Below are positions 27,419 to 37,383 of a DNA stretch of 64,000 bases, one piece after another. The stretch lies in IMG/VR virus record IMGVR_UViG_3300012944_000024, positions 34,408 to 98,407 of that record; one strand, given 5' to 3'. The notes under the pieces were generated by a model. It had not been told where the DNA came from. It worked only from the letters and a program-made list of their open reading frames with translations, and did not search any database. The stretch is from a virus. The translations under genes and the position numbers were made by a program. Within the stretch, counting starts at the first letter, position 1, and every line of letters starts with the position of its first letter.

Positions 27419-29121
27419 CAACGTTTGCCTATGCCGAGCTTCTTGAAGACGTCCTGGACCATCTGATGCCCAATGGGATCGAACGAGGCAAGCAGGTTGG
27501 GCTTGCGCATGTGCGCGGCGAACGACTCGGCGAAGTACTCGTCCTTGTGAACGCTGCCGTACCGGGTCAGGTGCGATTTGTCTGACTTCGCTTTCTGGAA
27601 CGCGGTCTGCACGATCGCGTTCACCTCCGACCCTCCCGATAGGTGCACGTGGTGCCCGATCTCGTGCGCGAGCGTCAGGGCGATCGCCTCCTCGGCCGAC
27701 TTGCCGAGCGAACTGATGCTCCACGACACCCCAGGCTCGTACGGGTTTGCATCGACTACGCGGTGCGCACGAATGTCGATCCGCGTCTTGAGCACTCGTC
27801 TCTCACCCTCAGCGTTGGTCGTGTAGTGCTGCGTGTGGAGCCCATTGGGACGTTTGCCTCGCTGCTTTATCTCCGGGACCGCGACGAGCTCGTCGATCGG
27901 ATTCGTCTCGAGATGGTCGAGCACACCGCGGTGCGGAAGGGCGGTGTCGAAGACGGTCGAGACGTCCACGTCTCCGCCCCCGCGCGGAAGGCGCTTCTGC
28001 GTGAAATTCTTGAAGTGAACTCCGGGGAGCAGGTGGTCAGGGCGTTCCTCGAGTGCAGCCGGCACCACCGCGGCTGCCGCCTTCGGTTCCTCCTTGCCCT
28101 TGCCGAACTGCTCGAGCGGGATGGTCGTCATCTTCGGGCGCGGCGGGACCGCGCCCTTGCGCCCGTCGTACTTCCAGCGCGCCGCCACCTCCCCGTCCGT
28201 CTTCCACGCCAGCGCGGGAGGGATGGGCCAAGAGATCCGGTGCGGGACAACAACACCGCGATCGTTCGGTCGGTCGGGAGGATGCTGCATGAGACCGTAC
28301 CAGCTCTGAAACGGCTCCTGCGGGCGCCGGATCTGGCCGTGCGTCGCGTAGCTGTCGGCGGCAGTGCGGTCGTCGAAGTGCGCGGACAGGATCTTCACCA
28401 TGTCGCCGAGCTCGTCGTCGGCCGCGCGCGTAACCTCGTAGCCTGCGCGGTTCATAGCCGACATCGTTTCCGAACGTACAATTCTCTCAGCCCAAAATGC
28501 GGGGGACGCCTGGAGGAAGGGAGACTGCTCGGTCAGCTCGTCACGAACCTCCCCCCAGGGCTTGCGCGTCAGGAATCCCTTCTGCAGCACGCGCTCGAAG
28601 TGCCCGATCGTCTCCGCCCCGTACCGCTCCAGCACCCCCGGCTTCGCCGGATGCGCCTGCTCGTCCGCCCCCTCGATCGCCTCCCCGCTCGACGCGAGCC
28701 GGCGCAGGATGGACGCCTTCACCCCGCTCTGCGCCTGGTCGACGATCCCCGCCTCCTCGAGCTGCAGGGGGGCGGCGACGCCGCGGAAGTCCCGCTCGGC
28801 CGCCCGCAGGTACTCGAGCGTCCCGCGCGCCCCCGCCTCCGCCGCCTCCGCGCCCGTCTCCACCACCGTCTTGGCGATCCCGCGCTGCGCCACCTTGGTC
28901 GCCTCGCGCACCTGCGCGAGCGTGGCGCGCATCTGCGTAATCGTGAAGGTCGAGTCGTCGAGCCCGCGCAGGTGGACCGCTTCGAGGATGCGCCGCTCGA
29001 GATCCGCCGCCGCGGCCGCGAGCACCTTGCGCACGCGCTCGATCCCGACCTTCTGGGTCAGCTCGAGCGCCTGGCGGTGGTCCTCGGCGAGCGCCTCGCG
29101 CGGGGTCAGGTTGGCCGCCAT
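27418..29121 (-). CDS. MuF (SPP1 gp7-like) head morphogenesis protein with C-terminal zincin metallopeptidase
   Basis: WAERIVRSE, DDRT, HPPDRPNDR MuF motifs; C-terminal HEIGH...TRYG...EYFAESF. Confidence 0.85.
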   Translation of the reverse strand: MAANLTPREALAEDHRQALELTQKVGIERVRKVLAAAAADLERRILEAVHLRGLDDSTFTITQMRATLAQVREATKVAQRGIAKTVVETGAEAAEAGARGTLEYLRAAERDFRGVAAPLQLEEAGIVDQAQSGVKASILRRLASSGEAIEGADEQAHPAKPGVLERYGAETIGHFERVLQKGFLTRKPWGEVRDELTEQSPFLQASPAFWAERIVRSETMSAMNRAGYEVTRAADDELGDMVKILSAHFDDRTAADSYATHGQIRRPQEPFQSWYGLMQHPPDRPNDRGVVVPHRISWPIPPALAWKTDGEVAARWKYDGRKGAVPPRPKMTTIPLEQFGKGKEEPKAAAAVVPAALEERPDHLLPGVHFKNFTQKRLPRGGGDVDVSTVFDTALPHRGVLDHLETNPIDELVAVPEIKQRGKRPNGLHTQHYTTNAEGERRVLKTRIDIRAHRVVDANPYEPGVSWSISSLGKSAEEAIALTLAHEIGHHVHLSGGSEVNAIVQTAFQKAKSDKSHLTRYGSVHKDEYFAESFAAHMRKPNLLASFDPIGHQMVQDVFKKLGIGKR

Positions 29122-29136
29122 CGCGCAATCCCGCGA

Positions 29137-29463
29137 CTACTTCGTCTCTTCCTTCAGCTGCACTGCGCTCACGTCGAGCCGGTAGGACGCGGAGCCGATC
29201 TTCGGCGGCGACCCCATCGTGGAGTGGGACCCGCCGGCCTGCACGCGGATCGCGTTGGCCCGAAAGTCCGCCCGTCCCCAGGCTGCATTGTACGCGTCGA
29301 GGTCGATCTGCTCCGCGTAGAACTTCGCACGATCGAGCACCGACGCCATGTCCTCGGTCTCGGTCGGTAGCTGCGCCAGCAGCGGGGTCAAGCGGACCTT
29401 CTCCGCCTCGAGCTCCGCTGCGATCGTCTCCTTCGTGGCCGTGATGTCGATTCCCCAGCTCAT
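29137..29463 (-). CDS. Hypothetical protein
   Basis: 108-aa ORF between portal and MuF. Confidence 0.6.
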   Translation of the reverse strand: MSWGIDITATKETIAAELEAEKVRLTPLLAQLPTETEDMASVLDRAKFYAEQIDLDAYNAAWGRADFRANAIRVQAGGSHSTMGSPPKIGSASYRLDVSAVQLKEETK

Positions 29464-29486
29464 GTTCGATTCTCCTTTTCGTTCGC

Positions 29487-31379
29487 CTACGTGCCCGGCC
29501 CGCTATCGCTCGCCGTCTTGCCGTCCTCCTCGCCCCCACCCCCGAAGGGGGGCTTGCTCGCACCGAACTTCGGCGGCGCAGCGCCGGGCGGCTTCGGAGC
29601 CCCCGGGGTACCCGGCTTGCCCCCCGCCGACGCAGCAGCCGCGTCGGCGGCGTCCTTGTTGGCCTGCTGCTGCTTGGCGTCGTCGTCGGAGCCGTCCTTC
29701 TGCACTCGCTCCCACTCGTCGCCCCCCTCGATCCCGTAGAGCAGCGAGGCCTGCTCGACGCTCGTCTGCTGCGAGAGGACCGCCTTGCCCCCGTTGGCGG
29801 TGGTCAGGGCGGTGATCCCCTGGGACTGGTCCATCGGGGTCGGGGGGAAGTAGTTGGGCCAGTCGAGCTCGACGTCGCCGCCCTGCCCGACCGCCTGGTC
29901 GACGCGCGTGACCGTCTGAACCGGCTTGCCCTGCTCGTCGACAGCAGGCTTCTCCAGCCCCGTCTCCGGATCGGTCTCCTTCTGGGCCGTCTTGACGATC
30001 TTCTGCGGCAGGTTGACGAAGAGCTGGATCGTCTTGGGGACGTCGATCGTCTTGTCCGGGTCGTCGGGGTCGGGCTGCTTGACGTAGATCGTCACCGGCG
30101 CGCCCGTCTTGAGCTGCGCGACCTCGATCATCTGCTCGAGGATGCGCTGCAGCACGCCGCCGTACTGGGCGCGGAGGATCTCACACCGCCCCAGCATGGG
30201 CTGGAAGATCGTCTTGAGCGCCACGGAGCTCACGCCCTGCGCGGCGATCTCGCTGGGGTCGGGCACCACGCACTGCGCGACCTCGAGCGCGCTGCGGCGC
30301 TTCTCGTTGAAGAGCTTCACCCCCGCGTCGAGCGACTGGCCCGTGAGTTCGAGGTACTCCGCCGCGCCCGCCTCGCCGACGTTGAGGGTGTGGTCGCTCC
30401 CGGTCCCGATGGCGCCGAAGATCTCCGCGTCCGTCTTGAGCACCAGGGTGGGGTCGAGGTTCAAGACCGCGCCCTTGGAGATGACGCTGAGCAGGATGTC
30501 GAGCACGTCGAAGTTCTCGTAGAGCCCCTCGTAGTCGGGCAGCCCGTCAATCCCCTCGGCGGGGATGTTCTGCACCCAGTTGCAGTGGCAGAAGCCGTCC
30601 TCGTGGGTGATCGATTTGCTCGGATCGGGGATCCACGCGGGCTCGACGTTCGCGCGATAGAGCTGCGGGACGAAGAGGACGTCGTCGTCCTCGGTCCAGT
30701 CGCGCCGGTGCCAGTACCAGTTGCGGACAAACCGGCGCGCCACCCCGTCCCACTCGTCCTGCGGGTAGAGGTAGACCTCCGAGATGTGCCGCGCGACCAG
30801 CTCCTCACGATCGTCCCACTCGTGCACGAAGAGATACTTGCCGTTGTGGACCTCGACGCGCGGGCGCCCCTTGCGGTCGTAGCACCAGCTGATCCCCACC
30901 GTCCCCACGCTGCCGCCGAGGTTGCGCGCCCGGATCATCTTCGTCTCGAGGTTGCTCGCCTTGATCAGCGCGGCGGCGAAAGCCTGCGTGTCCCCGTCGC
31001 CCTCGACCCGGATGGACGGGAAGCGCTGCGACCCGAAGACCATGTTGGTGAAGGAGCCGACGATCACCTTCGCGAGTCGGTAGGGAGCGGAGGGGCGGCG
31101 CGCCCGCAAGGGCACCATGAAGGGGGCAACCTCCTGGGTGATGAGGGGCTGGGAGACGAGCGCGCCCGGCCCGCTGATCTGCAAGACGCGACCGTCGAAG
31201 TCGTAGTTCTTGCCGTCGTGCTGGCAGCAGGTCTCGTAGCTTTGCCGCCGGTCGAGCTCCTGGTAGCGCGGGCTCGAGAGCAGCGAGGAGGCTCGAAACC
31301 CCGTCGGCATCCCCGTGGATTGCAGCCGCTTGCCGAACGCGGCTCCGTTGAACGGCTGCGAGGTCTCGCCGGGGGGCAT
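29487..31379 (-). CDS. Portal protein
   Basis: 630 aa; AAQGVSSVALK, VELDWPNYFPPT, LSQQTSVE motifs; upstream of MuF/scaffold/capsid. Confidence 0.8.
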   Translation of the reverse strand: MPPGETSQPFNGAAFGKRLQSTGMPTGFRASSLLSSPRYQELDRRQSYETCCQHDGKNYDFDGRVLQISGPGALVSQPLITQEVAPFMVPLRARRPSAPYRLAKVIVGSFTNMVFGSQRFPSIRVEGDGDTQAFAAALIKASNLETKMIRARNLGGSVGTVGISWCYDRKGRPRVEVHNGKYLFVHEWDDREELVARHISEVYLYPQDEWDGVARRFVRNWYWHRRDWTEDDDVLFVPQLYRANVEPAWIPDPSKSITHEDGFCHCNWVQNIPAEGIDGLPDYEGLYENFDVLDILLSVISKGAVLNLDPTLVLKTDAEIFGAIGTGSDHTLNVGEAGAAEYLELTGQSLDAGVKLFNEKRRSALEVAQCVVPDPSEIAAQGVSSVALKTIFQPMLGRCEILRAQYGGVLQRILEQMIEVAQLKTGAPVTIYVKQPDPDDPDKTIDVPKTIQLFVNLPQKIVKTAQKETDPETGLEKPAVDEQGKPVQTVTRVDQAVGQGGDVELDWPNYFPPTPMDQSQGITALTTANGGKAVLSQQTSVEQASLLYGIEGGDEWERVQKDGSDDDAKQQQANKDAADAAAASAGGKPGTPGAPKPPGAAPPKFGASKPPFGGGGEEDGKTASDSGPGT

Positions 31380-31385
31380 CGCGCG

Positions 31386-31631
31386 TCAGCTTCGCACGCC
31401 AGCCCGCGCGCGCGCGATCCGGTCCTCCCACGATCCCTCAAGCGGTGGGGTCGGGGGTGGGGGAGGGGGGCGGGGGGATGGGCCGCGCAGGGCCATCCCC
31501 CCGCCCTCCGCAGTGAGCGAGAAGACCATCTCGAACTCCGGCTCGGGCGCTGGGAACCCGGCCTGCCGGCGCGGCTCGATCCGCTCTCCGATCTCCTTGA
31601 ACACGCGACCGATGCGATCTCGCAGCCCCAT
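31386..31631 (-). CDS. Hypothetical protein
   Basis: Coupled to the fibre gene stop; contains a degenerate palindrome A (31552-31567, 3 mismatches). Confidence 0.5.
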   Translation of the reverse strand: MGLRDRIGRVFKEIGERIEPRRQAGFPAPEPEFEMVFSLTAEGGGMALRGPSPRPPPPPPTPPLEGSWEDRIARARAGVRS

Positions 31632-34240
31632 CAGTTGATCACGATCTCGCCCCACACCGTCGCGTCGGTGGCGGCCCCGATCGAGCCCCCCACGTTCGGA
31701 ACGAGCGCGGAGACGCACCCGGGGGTGGTCGAGTTGTTGAAGCTCACGATGCTGGTCGACGTGTTGAACACCGTGTCAGACGACTCGGTGAGGATGGTGG
31801 GGATGGCCACCGTGGAGACCACCCCGCCGACGTTCTTCACCGTCGTGATCGTCTCCTCGTAATACGTGTCGCCCACGTTGGCCGATCCCGCCGCGGTCAC
31901 GACGCGCGCGAGAAAGTGGCAGTGCACCTCCGCGTTCGACCCCGTGGGGAGCGTGAAGCGCGAGACCGCGGTGAGGGACCCGAAGCTGCCGCTCATCCTC
32001 CCGTACTGGGCGAACTGGTCCTCGTTGGCGACCTGCGTGTTGCGCGCCCCGCTGCCGGTGCGCACGACCGTGTAGGCACTGTTGGTGCCCGAGTGCCCGG
32101 TGACCAGGCTCGGGAAGACGGTGATGTTCGTCGTGCTGTCGCCGGAGTAGAGGCTCAGGCTCCCGCCGTTCGCGGCGGTGGTCCCGAGCCCGGGGAGGAT
32201 CAGCAGGTTGCCCCCCGTCACGTGGGTGGTGGCGCTCCCGAACGCGTCCGCTCCCTTGAGCGTGAGGGTCCCGGTCGTCGAGTCGCTCGTCGCCGCGTCG
32301 ATCCCGAAGATGTGGGAGTTGGTGTCGGGCTGGAAGGTGATCTTCTGGCTCGTCGAGAGCAGCCCGGTCGGCAGGAGAAAGAGCTGGCGCGCCCCGTCGC
32401 CCGTCTCGAGCTCCACCGTCCCGGTCGTCCCCGCGCCCGTCGCCGCGCCGCCCGCGAGGATCACGCCGCCGCCGTTGGTGGTGCCGGTGCCGCCCTGCTG
32501 GGCCTGCACCACGATGTTCGCGCCGCTCACCCCCGCGCCCGCTCGGTCCTCGGTGATCGTCGGGCTCGTGACGGTGGAGGCCCAGTCGAGCTCCCCCGCC
32601 TTGATCGCCACCACGCTGCCCGACCCCGTGAGGGTCGAGACCACGTTCGCGTTGATCGCCCCCACCGCGTCGCCCGCGAGGCTGGGGAGGTTGGCGACCG
32701 GCAGGGTCCCGGTCACCCACCCCGAGCCGCCCGCGAGGTTGAGGGCCGAGTAGGTGAGCGCGCTCGCGCCCGAGACGTACGGCCCGTTGCCAGTAACGAG
32801 CGAGCCCGCCGCCGGGACGCTCGCGCCGTTGATCTTCGTGTTGGTGACCGTCCCCGCCCCATTGACGCTCGCGTCGCCCGTGAAGCTGTTCCAGAGCGCG
32901 ACCCCCCCGTTGCTCTGCAGCACCTGCCCATTCGCGCCCGCCGTCAACCGCGCGAGGGCGAGCGAGCCCGTCGCGCTCGCGAGAGGGGCGGCGACCGTCA
33001 CGCTCGACGCGGCGGTGATGAGCCCCTTGCCGTTGACCGAGAAGACCGGAATGGTCGACGAGGTCCCGAACGAGCCGGTCGTGGCGTTCACGGTCGCGAG
33101 CGTCAGGGCCCCCGTCGCCCCGAGCGTCGCGTCCCCCGAGACCGTCTCGGCCGCTGGATCCGCGGCCGTCTGGCCGACGAGGATCTGCGTGTTGCCGAGC
33201 ACCACGCCCGCCACGTTGCTCGTCCCCTCGCCGATCACGACCCCGTGGGCGGTGAGGGTGGTGAGGCCGGTCCCGCCCTTGGCGGGCGTCAGGACGCCCG
33301 TCGCCGATCCGAGCGCCGCGGCGACCGTGTTGGTGGTGACGGCGGTGATGAGACCCTTGGCGTTGACCGTGAAGGACGGGATGAGGGTCGCGGATCCGAA
33401 CGTCCCGACGTTGCCGTTCACCGTCGCAAGCGTCAGGGGCAGGGAGCTACCCGATAGCGCCCCGATCGTCGCGTCCCCGTTCACCCCGACCGCGGCCGCG
33501 TTGAGCGAGCCTGTGGCCGAGTACCAGAGGCCCGTCCCGGTCACGCTGGTCCCCGAGACCGCCGCGGTAGTGACGGCGGTGACCAAGCCCTTGGCGTTGA
33601 CCGTGACGACCGGGATGGTGGTGGTGTTGCCGAACGTCCCCGTCGTCGCGTTGACCGTCGCGAGCGTCAAGGGGAGGTTCGAGCCGCTGAGCGCCCCCAG
33701 CGTCCCATCCCCCGAGAGCGAGACCGCCGCGCCATTGAGGGTCCCGCCGGCCGAGTACCAGATCCCGGTCCCGGTCACGCTGCTCCCCCCGCCCCCGCCG
33801 CACGTCCCCCACGAGTAGATCCCGCCGGTCGCGGTGAGGCACCCATTGGTGGTGGCGACCCCGGTGAGGGTGGGGATCGTGATCGCTGCGAGCCCCGCGT
33901 CGACGTAGCCCTTGATCGCGAAGTCGTTCGCCCCGACCGGCGCGAGCCCGCGCACGTTCACGAACGCGGAGAGCGCGGCGTTGCGAGCCTCGATCACGCC
34001 CGCGTTGTTCGAGAGCTGCGGGCCCGTGGGGGCCGCGAGCTGCCACGTCGCCGAGGTCGTCCCGTTGCTCGAGGTGAAGCTAGGCGCCGCCGCGATCCCC
34101 CAGTGCGAGAGGAGCGAACCGTTGGTGCTGACGAACCGCGGCGCGCCAGACACCTCGCCCCACGTGACCGTCTGGGCGAAGAGCTGCGCGGACCAGCAGA
34201 GGACCAGCAGCGTGGAGAGCAGGGCGACGAGCTTCTTCAT
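31631..34240 (-). CDS. Fibre-like protein with N-terminal signal peptide
   Basis: MKKLVALLSTLLVLCWSAQLFA-Q; three LTLATVN...G.FG....IP...VN.KGL.TA repeats; GDA/GDV fibre repeats. Confidence 0.75.
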   Translation of the reverse strand: MKKLVALLSTLLVLCWSAQLFAQTVTWGEVSGAPRFVSTNGSLLSHWGIAAAPSFTSSNGTTSATWQLAAPTGPQLSNNAGVIEARNAALSAFVNVRGLAPVGANDFAIKGYVDAGLAAITIPTLTGVATTNGCLTATGGIYSWGTCGGGGGSSVTGTGIWYSAGGTLNGAAVSLSGDGTLGALSGSNLPLTLATVNATTGTFGNTTTIPVVTVNAKGLVTAVTTAAVSGTSVTGTGLWYSATGSLNAAAVGVNGDATIGALSGSSLPLTLATVNGNVGTFGSATLIPSFTVNAKGLITAVTTNTVAAALGSATGVLTPAKGGTGLTTLTAHGVVIGEGTSNVAGVVLGNTQILVGQTAADPAAETVSGDATLGATGALTLATVNATTGSFGTSSTIPVFSVNGKGLITAASSVTVAAPLASATGSLALARLTAGANGQVLQSNGGVALWNSFTGDASVNGAGTVTNTKINGASVPAAGSLVTGNGPYVSGASALTYSALNLAGGSGWVTGTLPVANLPSLAGDAVGAINANVVSTLTGSGSVVAIKAGELDWASTVTSPTITEDRAGAGVSGANIVVQAQQGGTGTTNGGGVILAGGAATGAGTTGTVELETGDGARQLFLLPTGLLSTSQKITFQPDTNSHIFGIDAATSDSTTGTLTLKGADAFGSATTHVTGGNLLILPGLGTTAANGGSLSLYSGDSTTNITVFPSLVTGHSGTNSAYTVVRTGSGARNTQVANEDQFAQYGRMSGSFGSLTAVSRFTLPTGSNAEVHCHFLARVVTAAGSANVGDTYYEETITTVKNVGGVVSTVAIPTILTESSDTVFNTSTSIVSFNNSTTPGCVSALVPNVGGSIGAATDATVWGEIVIN

Positions 34241-34638
34241 GGGACAGGCACCGCGTAGATGGCGAGGATCTTGAGCGACCCCGACGTCGCCCCGGCGACG
34301 GTCGCGAGGAAGAACGACCAGACGACCGACGTGTCGTTGCCGCCGCCGGCCACCAGGGCGAGCGTGTCGAGGTAGTCGAGCCACGCCTCCATCAGCACCG
34401 CCCAGGTGCTGCTGCCGCCCGATTGCTTCACGCCCGGCGAGATGGTGCTGCTGGGCGGATCGTCGATGACGGCGAACGTGACGGTCGAGGCCGAGGTGAT
34501 GATCCCCTTGCCGTTGACGGAGAAGACGGGGATGGTCGACGTCGTGCCAAACGTGACGGGTGCGGCCTGCGCGAGCAGCTGCGCCGGCCAGCAGAGGACC
34601 AGTAGGGCGGTGGTGAGCGCGAGCAGGTTCTTCTTCAT
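34237..34638 (-). CDS. Chimeric miniature of the two flanking genes
   Basis: Segments match 31631-34240 (signal peptide, FG..STIPVFSVNGKG) and 34635-35429 (VID.PPSS, WAV.MEAWL.YLD, YAVPVP). Confidence 0.7.
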   Translation of the reverse strand: MKKNLLALTTALLVLCWPAQLLAQAAPVTFGTTSTIPVFSVNGKGIITSASTVTFAVIDDPPSSTISPGVKQSGGSSTWAVLMEAWLDYLDTLALVAGGGNDTSVVWSFFLATVAGATSGSLKILAIYAVPVP

Positions 34639-35429
34639 GGGACAGGCACCGCGTAGGAGATGAGCACCGTGAGCGAGCCCAAGGTCGCGCCCACCACGGT
34701 CGCGCGGACGGGCGCGTTGACCAGGGCGACGAAGTCGTCGGGGTCGAGATCGTAGACCGTACCGGCCGCGCACGAGACCACGTCGATCGCGGGGGGCGGG
34801 CCCGCGCCGGTCGCCGGGAGCAGGATGGGACCACTAGCCTGGTCAAGCTTGAGCGTCCCCGCATCGAACGGGGTATCGACGCGCACCTTGCCGCCCTTGA
34901 AGACCGCCCCCGCCGGCACGCTCGACGCGCTCGACGTGGTCGTGTGCGAGACGACGAACTTGATCGTCGTGTCCGTCCCCCCCCCTCCCCCGCCACCCGT
35001 GAGCGAGTCGAGGTAGTTGAGCCACGCCTCCATGATGACCGCCCAGCCGCGGCGCTGGCCGAGGAAGGTGAGGGCCGCGGCCACGGCGGTGAAGGCGGGG
35101 ATGATCCGTCCGCTCGCGCGATTCACCCCGAAGCAGAGCGAGTGGGTCGCGGTCTGCTCGCCCGACACGTCGAAGACGTCGAGACGGATCTCGACCATGT
35201 CGGTCGTGTCGGGCACCCACGTCCACGTCGGGGTCGCGCCGCTCTGCACCACCCCCGGGCCGAGCGCACTCGAAGGCGGCGCGTCGATGACCGTGAAGAC
35301 CCACTTCGCGACGTTCGCGTCGTCGTCGTTGGAGACGACCACGGGCGTCCCGGTGACCCCGTAGAGGGCCTGGCCGGGCACGCCGACGTTGGCCCCTTGG
35401 ACGAACTGGATGAGCGCTGCGACCGTCAC
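34635..35429 (-). CDS. Putative virion protein (Ig/PKD-like N-terminus)
   Basis: WVFTVIDAPPSS...TWTWVPD...IRLDV beta-strands, Gly linker, second beta domain. Confidence 0.6.
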   Translation of the reverse strand: MTVAALIQFVQGANVGVPGQALYGVTGTPVVVSNDDDANVAKWVFTVIDAPPSSALGPGVVQSGATPTWTWVPDTTDMVEIRLDVFDVSGEQTATHSLCFGVNRASGRIIPAFTAVAAALTFLGQRRGWAVIMEAWLNYLDSLTGGGGGGGTDTTIKFVVSHTTTSSASSVPAGAVFKGGKVRVDTPFDAGTLKLDQASGPILLPATGAGPPPAIDVVSCAAGTVYDLDPDDFVALVNAPVRATVVGATLGSLTVLISYAVPVP

Positions 35430-35444
35430 CGCGGGCCGCCCCGC

Positions 35445-35927
35445 TCAGGTCCCGACCGTCGTGAGGTCGGGGCCCATCCCGATGTTGTACGTCCCAGCGA
35501 CCGCAGCGCCCGGATCGGTCATCACCAGCATCACGTCGATCGAGTCGCTCGCCGCGCCCGGCGGGTTGGACGCGTTGCCCAGGACGTTCGCCGCGTTGCT
35601 CACCGGCTCGATGAGCGCGGCGATGTCGAAGAAGGCGAGCTGGTTGGGTTTGATGGAGAGGGCAGTGTCGTTGACCTTGAACCAGTGCTTCAGCCGTTTC
35701 TCCCAGACGTAGAGATCGCCGTTGAGCGCGACCGGCGAGCCTGCCGTGGTGGTCCACCCGACCACGATCCGCTGCACCGGCCACCCGACGATGTCGCGGA
35801 TCTTGCACGACATCACGTTGTCCGCGGTGGCGCTGGGGGCGGTCGTGGTGGGGACGGCGTCGCCCCCCAGCACGGGGGGCGGGGCGGAGCCGCCCTTCTG
35901 ACGAGAGAACGTCTTGTGGAAGCGCAC
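35445..35927 (-). CDS. Hypothetical virion protein
   Basis: 160-aa ORF with good codon pattern. Confidence 0.55.
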   Translation of the reverse strand: MRFHKTFSRQKGGSAPPPVLGGDAVPTTTAPSATADNVMSCKIRDIVGWPVQRIVVGWTTTAGSPVALNGDLYVWEKRLKHWFKVNDTALSIKPNQLAFFDIAALIEPVSNAANVLGNASNPPGAASDSIDVMLVMTDPGAAVAGTYNIGMGPDLTTVGT

Positions 35928-35971
35928 GCGCCCACGCTACGCGGGCGTGGCGAGCACGCGCACCCTTCTCG

Positions 35972-36544
35972 CTACCCGCTCTGGCTCACCGCGCACCAGG
36001 CGACCCGAAGCCCCGCGGCGGCGCCGTAGAGGGCGCACGAGAAGAACCCCTCGCCCGGCACGTTCAGGTGGCCGCCCGCGTAGACCGTCCAGCCGCCCTC
36101 CTCATCCATCGGGCCGAGCTGGGCGACGTCGACGCGGGTGTCCTCGGCCGGGGCGAAGCCGCCCGAGTGCGCGCCCGGCTGGCCCGACTCGGCGGCGATC
36201 TGGATCGCGCCCGAGAGCTTGCCGCCCGAGAGCAGGAAGGGGAGCACCTCGATATCGGGGACGAGGCGCACCGCCACGTTGAGCCGACCGGAGCCGGGAA
36301 CGTACGAGGGGGAGGCGAAGAGGATGATCGGGCAGTGCATCTTCGGCAGCGACGCGGAGAGCGGCCACCCCGACCCCCACGCGCGCCGGTAGTAGCCGCC
36401 CACCGCGCTTCGATGCAGGTGCTCGGGTTCGATCGGCAGCGTGATCGCCTTGCGCGCGCGGATCAAGTGCGCGACCTCGGGCTCGATCAACGCCCCCTCC
36501 CAGTACTCGTCCTTCGGGTCGTAGATGACGACGTGTTTGCTCAT
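35972..36544 (-). CDS. Hypothetical protein
   Basis: MSKHVVIYDPKDEYWEG...; ATGA overlap with the upstream gene. Confidence 0.55.
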   Translation of the reverse strand: MSKHVVIYDPKDEYWEGALIEPEVAHLIRARKAITLPIEPEHLHRSAVGGYYRRAWGSGWPLSASLPKMHCPIILFASPSYVPGSGRLNVAVRLVPDIEVLPFLLSGGKLSGAIQIAAESGQPGAHSGGFAPAEDTRVDVAQLGPMDEEGGWTVYAGGHLNVPGEGFFSCALYGAAAGLRVAWCAVSQSG

Positions 36545-37344
36545 CGGGTCGTTTCCTCCGCCGCCAGCATGCCGGGGAATGGGTGGGCGCGGTAGTAGGC
36601 GAGGGCGCGGTCCTCGCGCGCACGCGCCGCCGAGGCCGGCCCGCTCCACTCGCCGGTGTAGTTTCGCAGGCTGCCGGTCTGACGGATCGAGGCGCGCGCC
36701 ATGTGCAGCGCGACCGCCGCGGCGATGAAGTCGTCCTCCTGCACCCACCCGTCGGTGTAGGCGATCTCGTCGTCGCGCATCCCAACGAAGGGAGCGCGGA
36801 TGTTGACCTCCCGCCACTCGCGACCCGGCTCCCATCCGAGCACCACCCCCGTGCCGAGATGCATCTGCCAGAGCGTCGAGGCGCGCCCGCTGTCGCACGA
36901 GCCGAACCGGAGCAGCCTCTTGCCCTCCAGGCTCGACCGCCACGCCTTGTCGGTGCAGTGGGCGACGTAGCCGCGGAAGCGCGACTCGTGGAAGGCGAGG
37001 CTCATCACCAGCAGGCCCGCGCGCGCCTTGGTGGGATCGTCCGCGTAGGGCGAGGGCTCGTCGTTGCGGTAGGCGGAGCCGTCCGGCTTGGGGACGGGGA
37101 AGCCGGTCGTGAGCAGCTCGGCCACGTCCCCGGCGACGACGCGCACGCGGTCCGCCACCGCCCCCTCCCCCTCCCCCTCCTGCGCCTCGAAGGCTGCGCA
37201 GCGGGCCCGCTCGGCGCCGCAATCGGGCAGCGCGAGCCAGGTGAGCCCAGCCCTCTCGAGGTAGTCGGCAAGCGGCTGGGAACCCGGGTTCCCAGAAGCG
37301 CCCGAGAGCAGCGCGGCGACGACGAATCCGAACGGCAGCCACAT
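36541..37344 (-). CDS. Lysozyme/lytic transglycosylase-like protein with N-terminal hydrophobic anchor
   Basis: SLAFHESRF (catalytic Glu-Ser motif) and STLWQMH; hydrophobic N-terminus. Confidence 0.55.
   Translation of the reverse strand: MWLPFGFVVAALLSGASGNPGSQPLADYLERAGLTWLALPDCGAERARCAAFEAQEGEGEGAVADRVRVVAGDVAELLTTGFPVPKPDGSAYRNDEPSPYADDPTKARAGLLVMSLAFHESRFRGYVAHCTDKAWRSSLEGKRLLRFGSCDSGRASTLWQMHLGTGVVLGWEPGREWREVNIRAPFVGMRDDEIAYTDGWVQEDDFIAAAVALHMARASIRQTGSLRNYTGEWSGPASAARAREDRALAYYRAHPFPGMLAAEETTR
37278..37293. repeat. Palindrome A (copy 7)
   Basis: Exact; in coding sequence just after the signal segment (SGNPGSQ). Confidence 0.98.
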
Positions 37345-37383
37345 GGATCACCTCCTTGGCCCGCGATGGCGGGGGGCTCGAGG

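Noticed and set aside
31631-35429. Diversity-generating retroelement or invertible fibre cassette
   Set aside because: No reverse transcriptase or invertase was seen, and the repeats differ at all base types rather than only at adenines.
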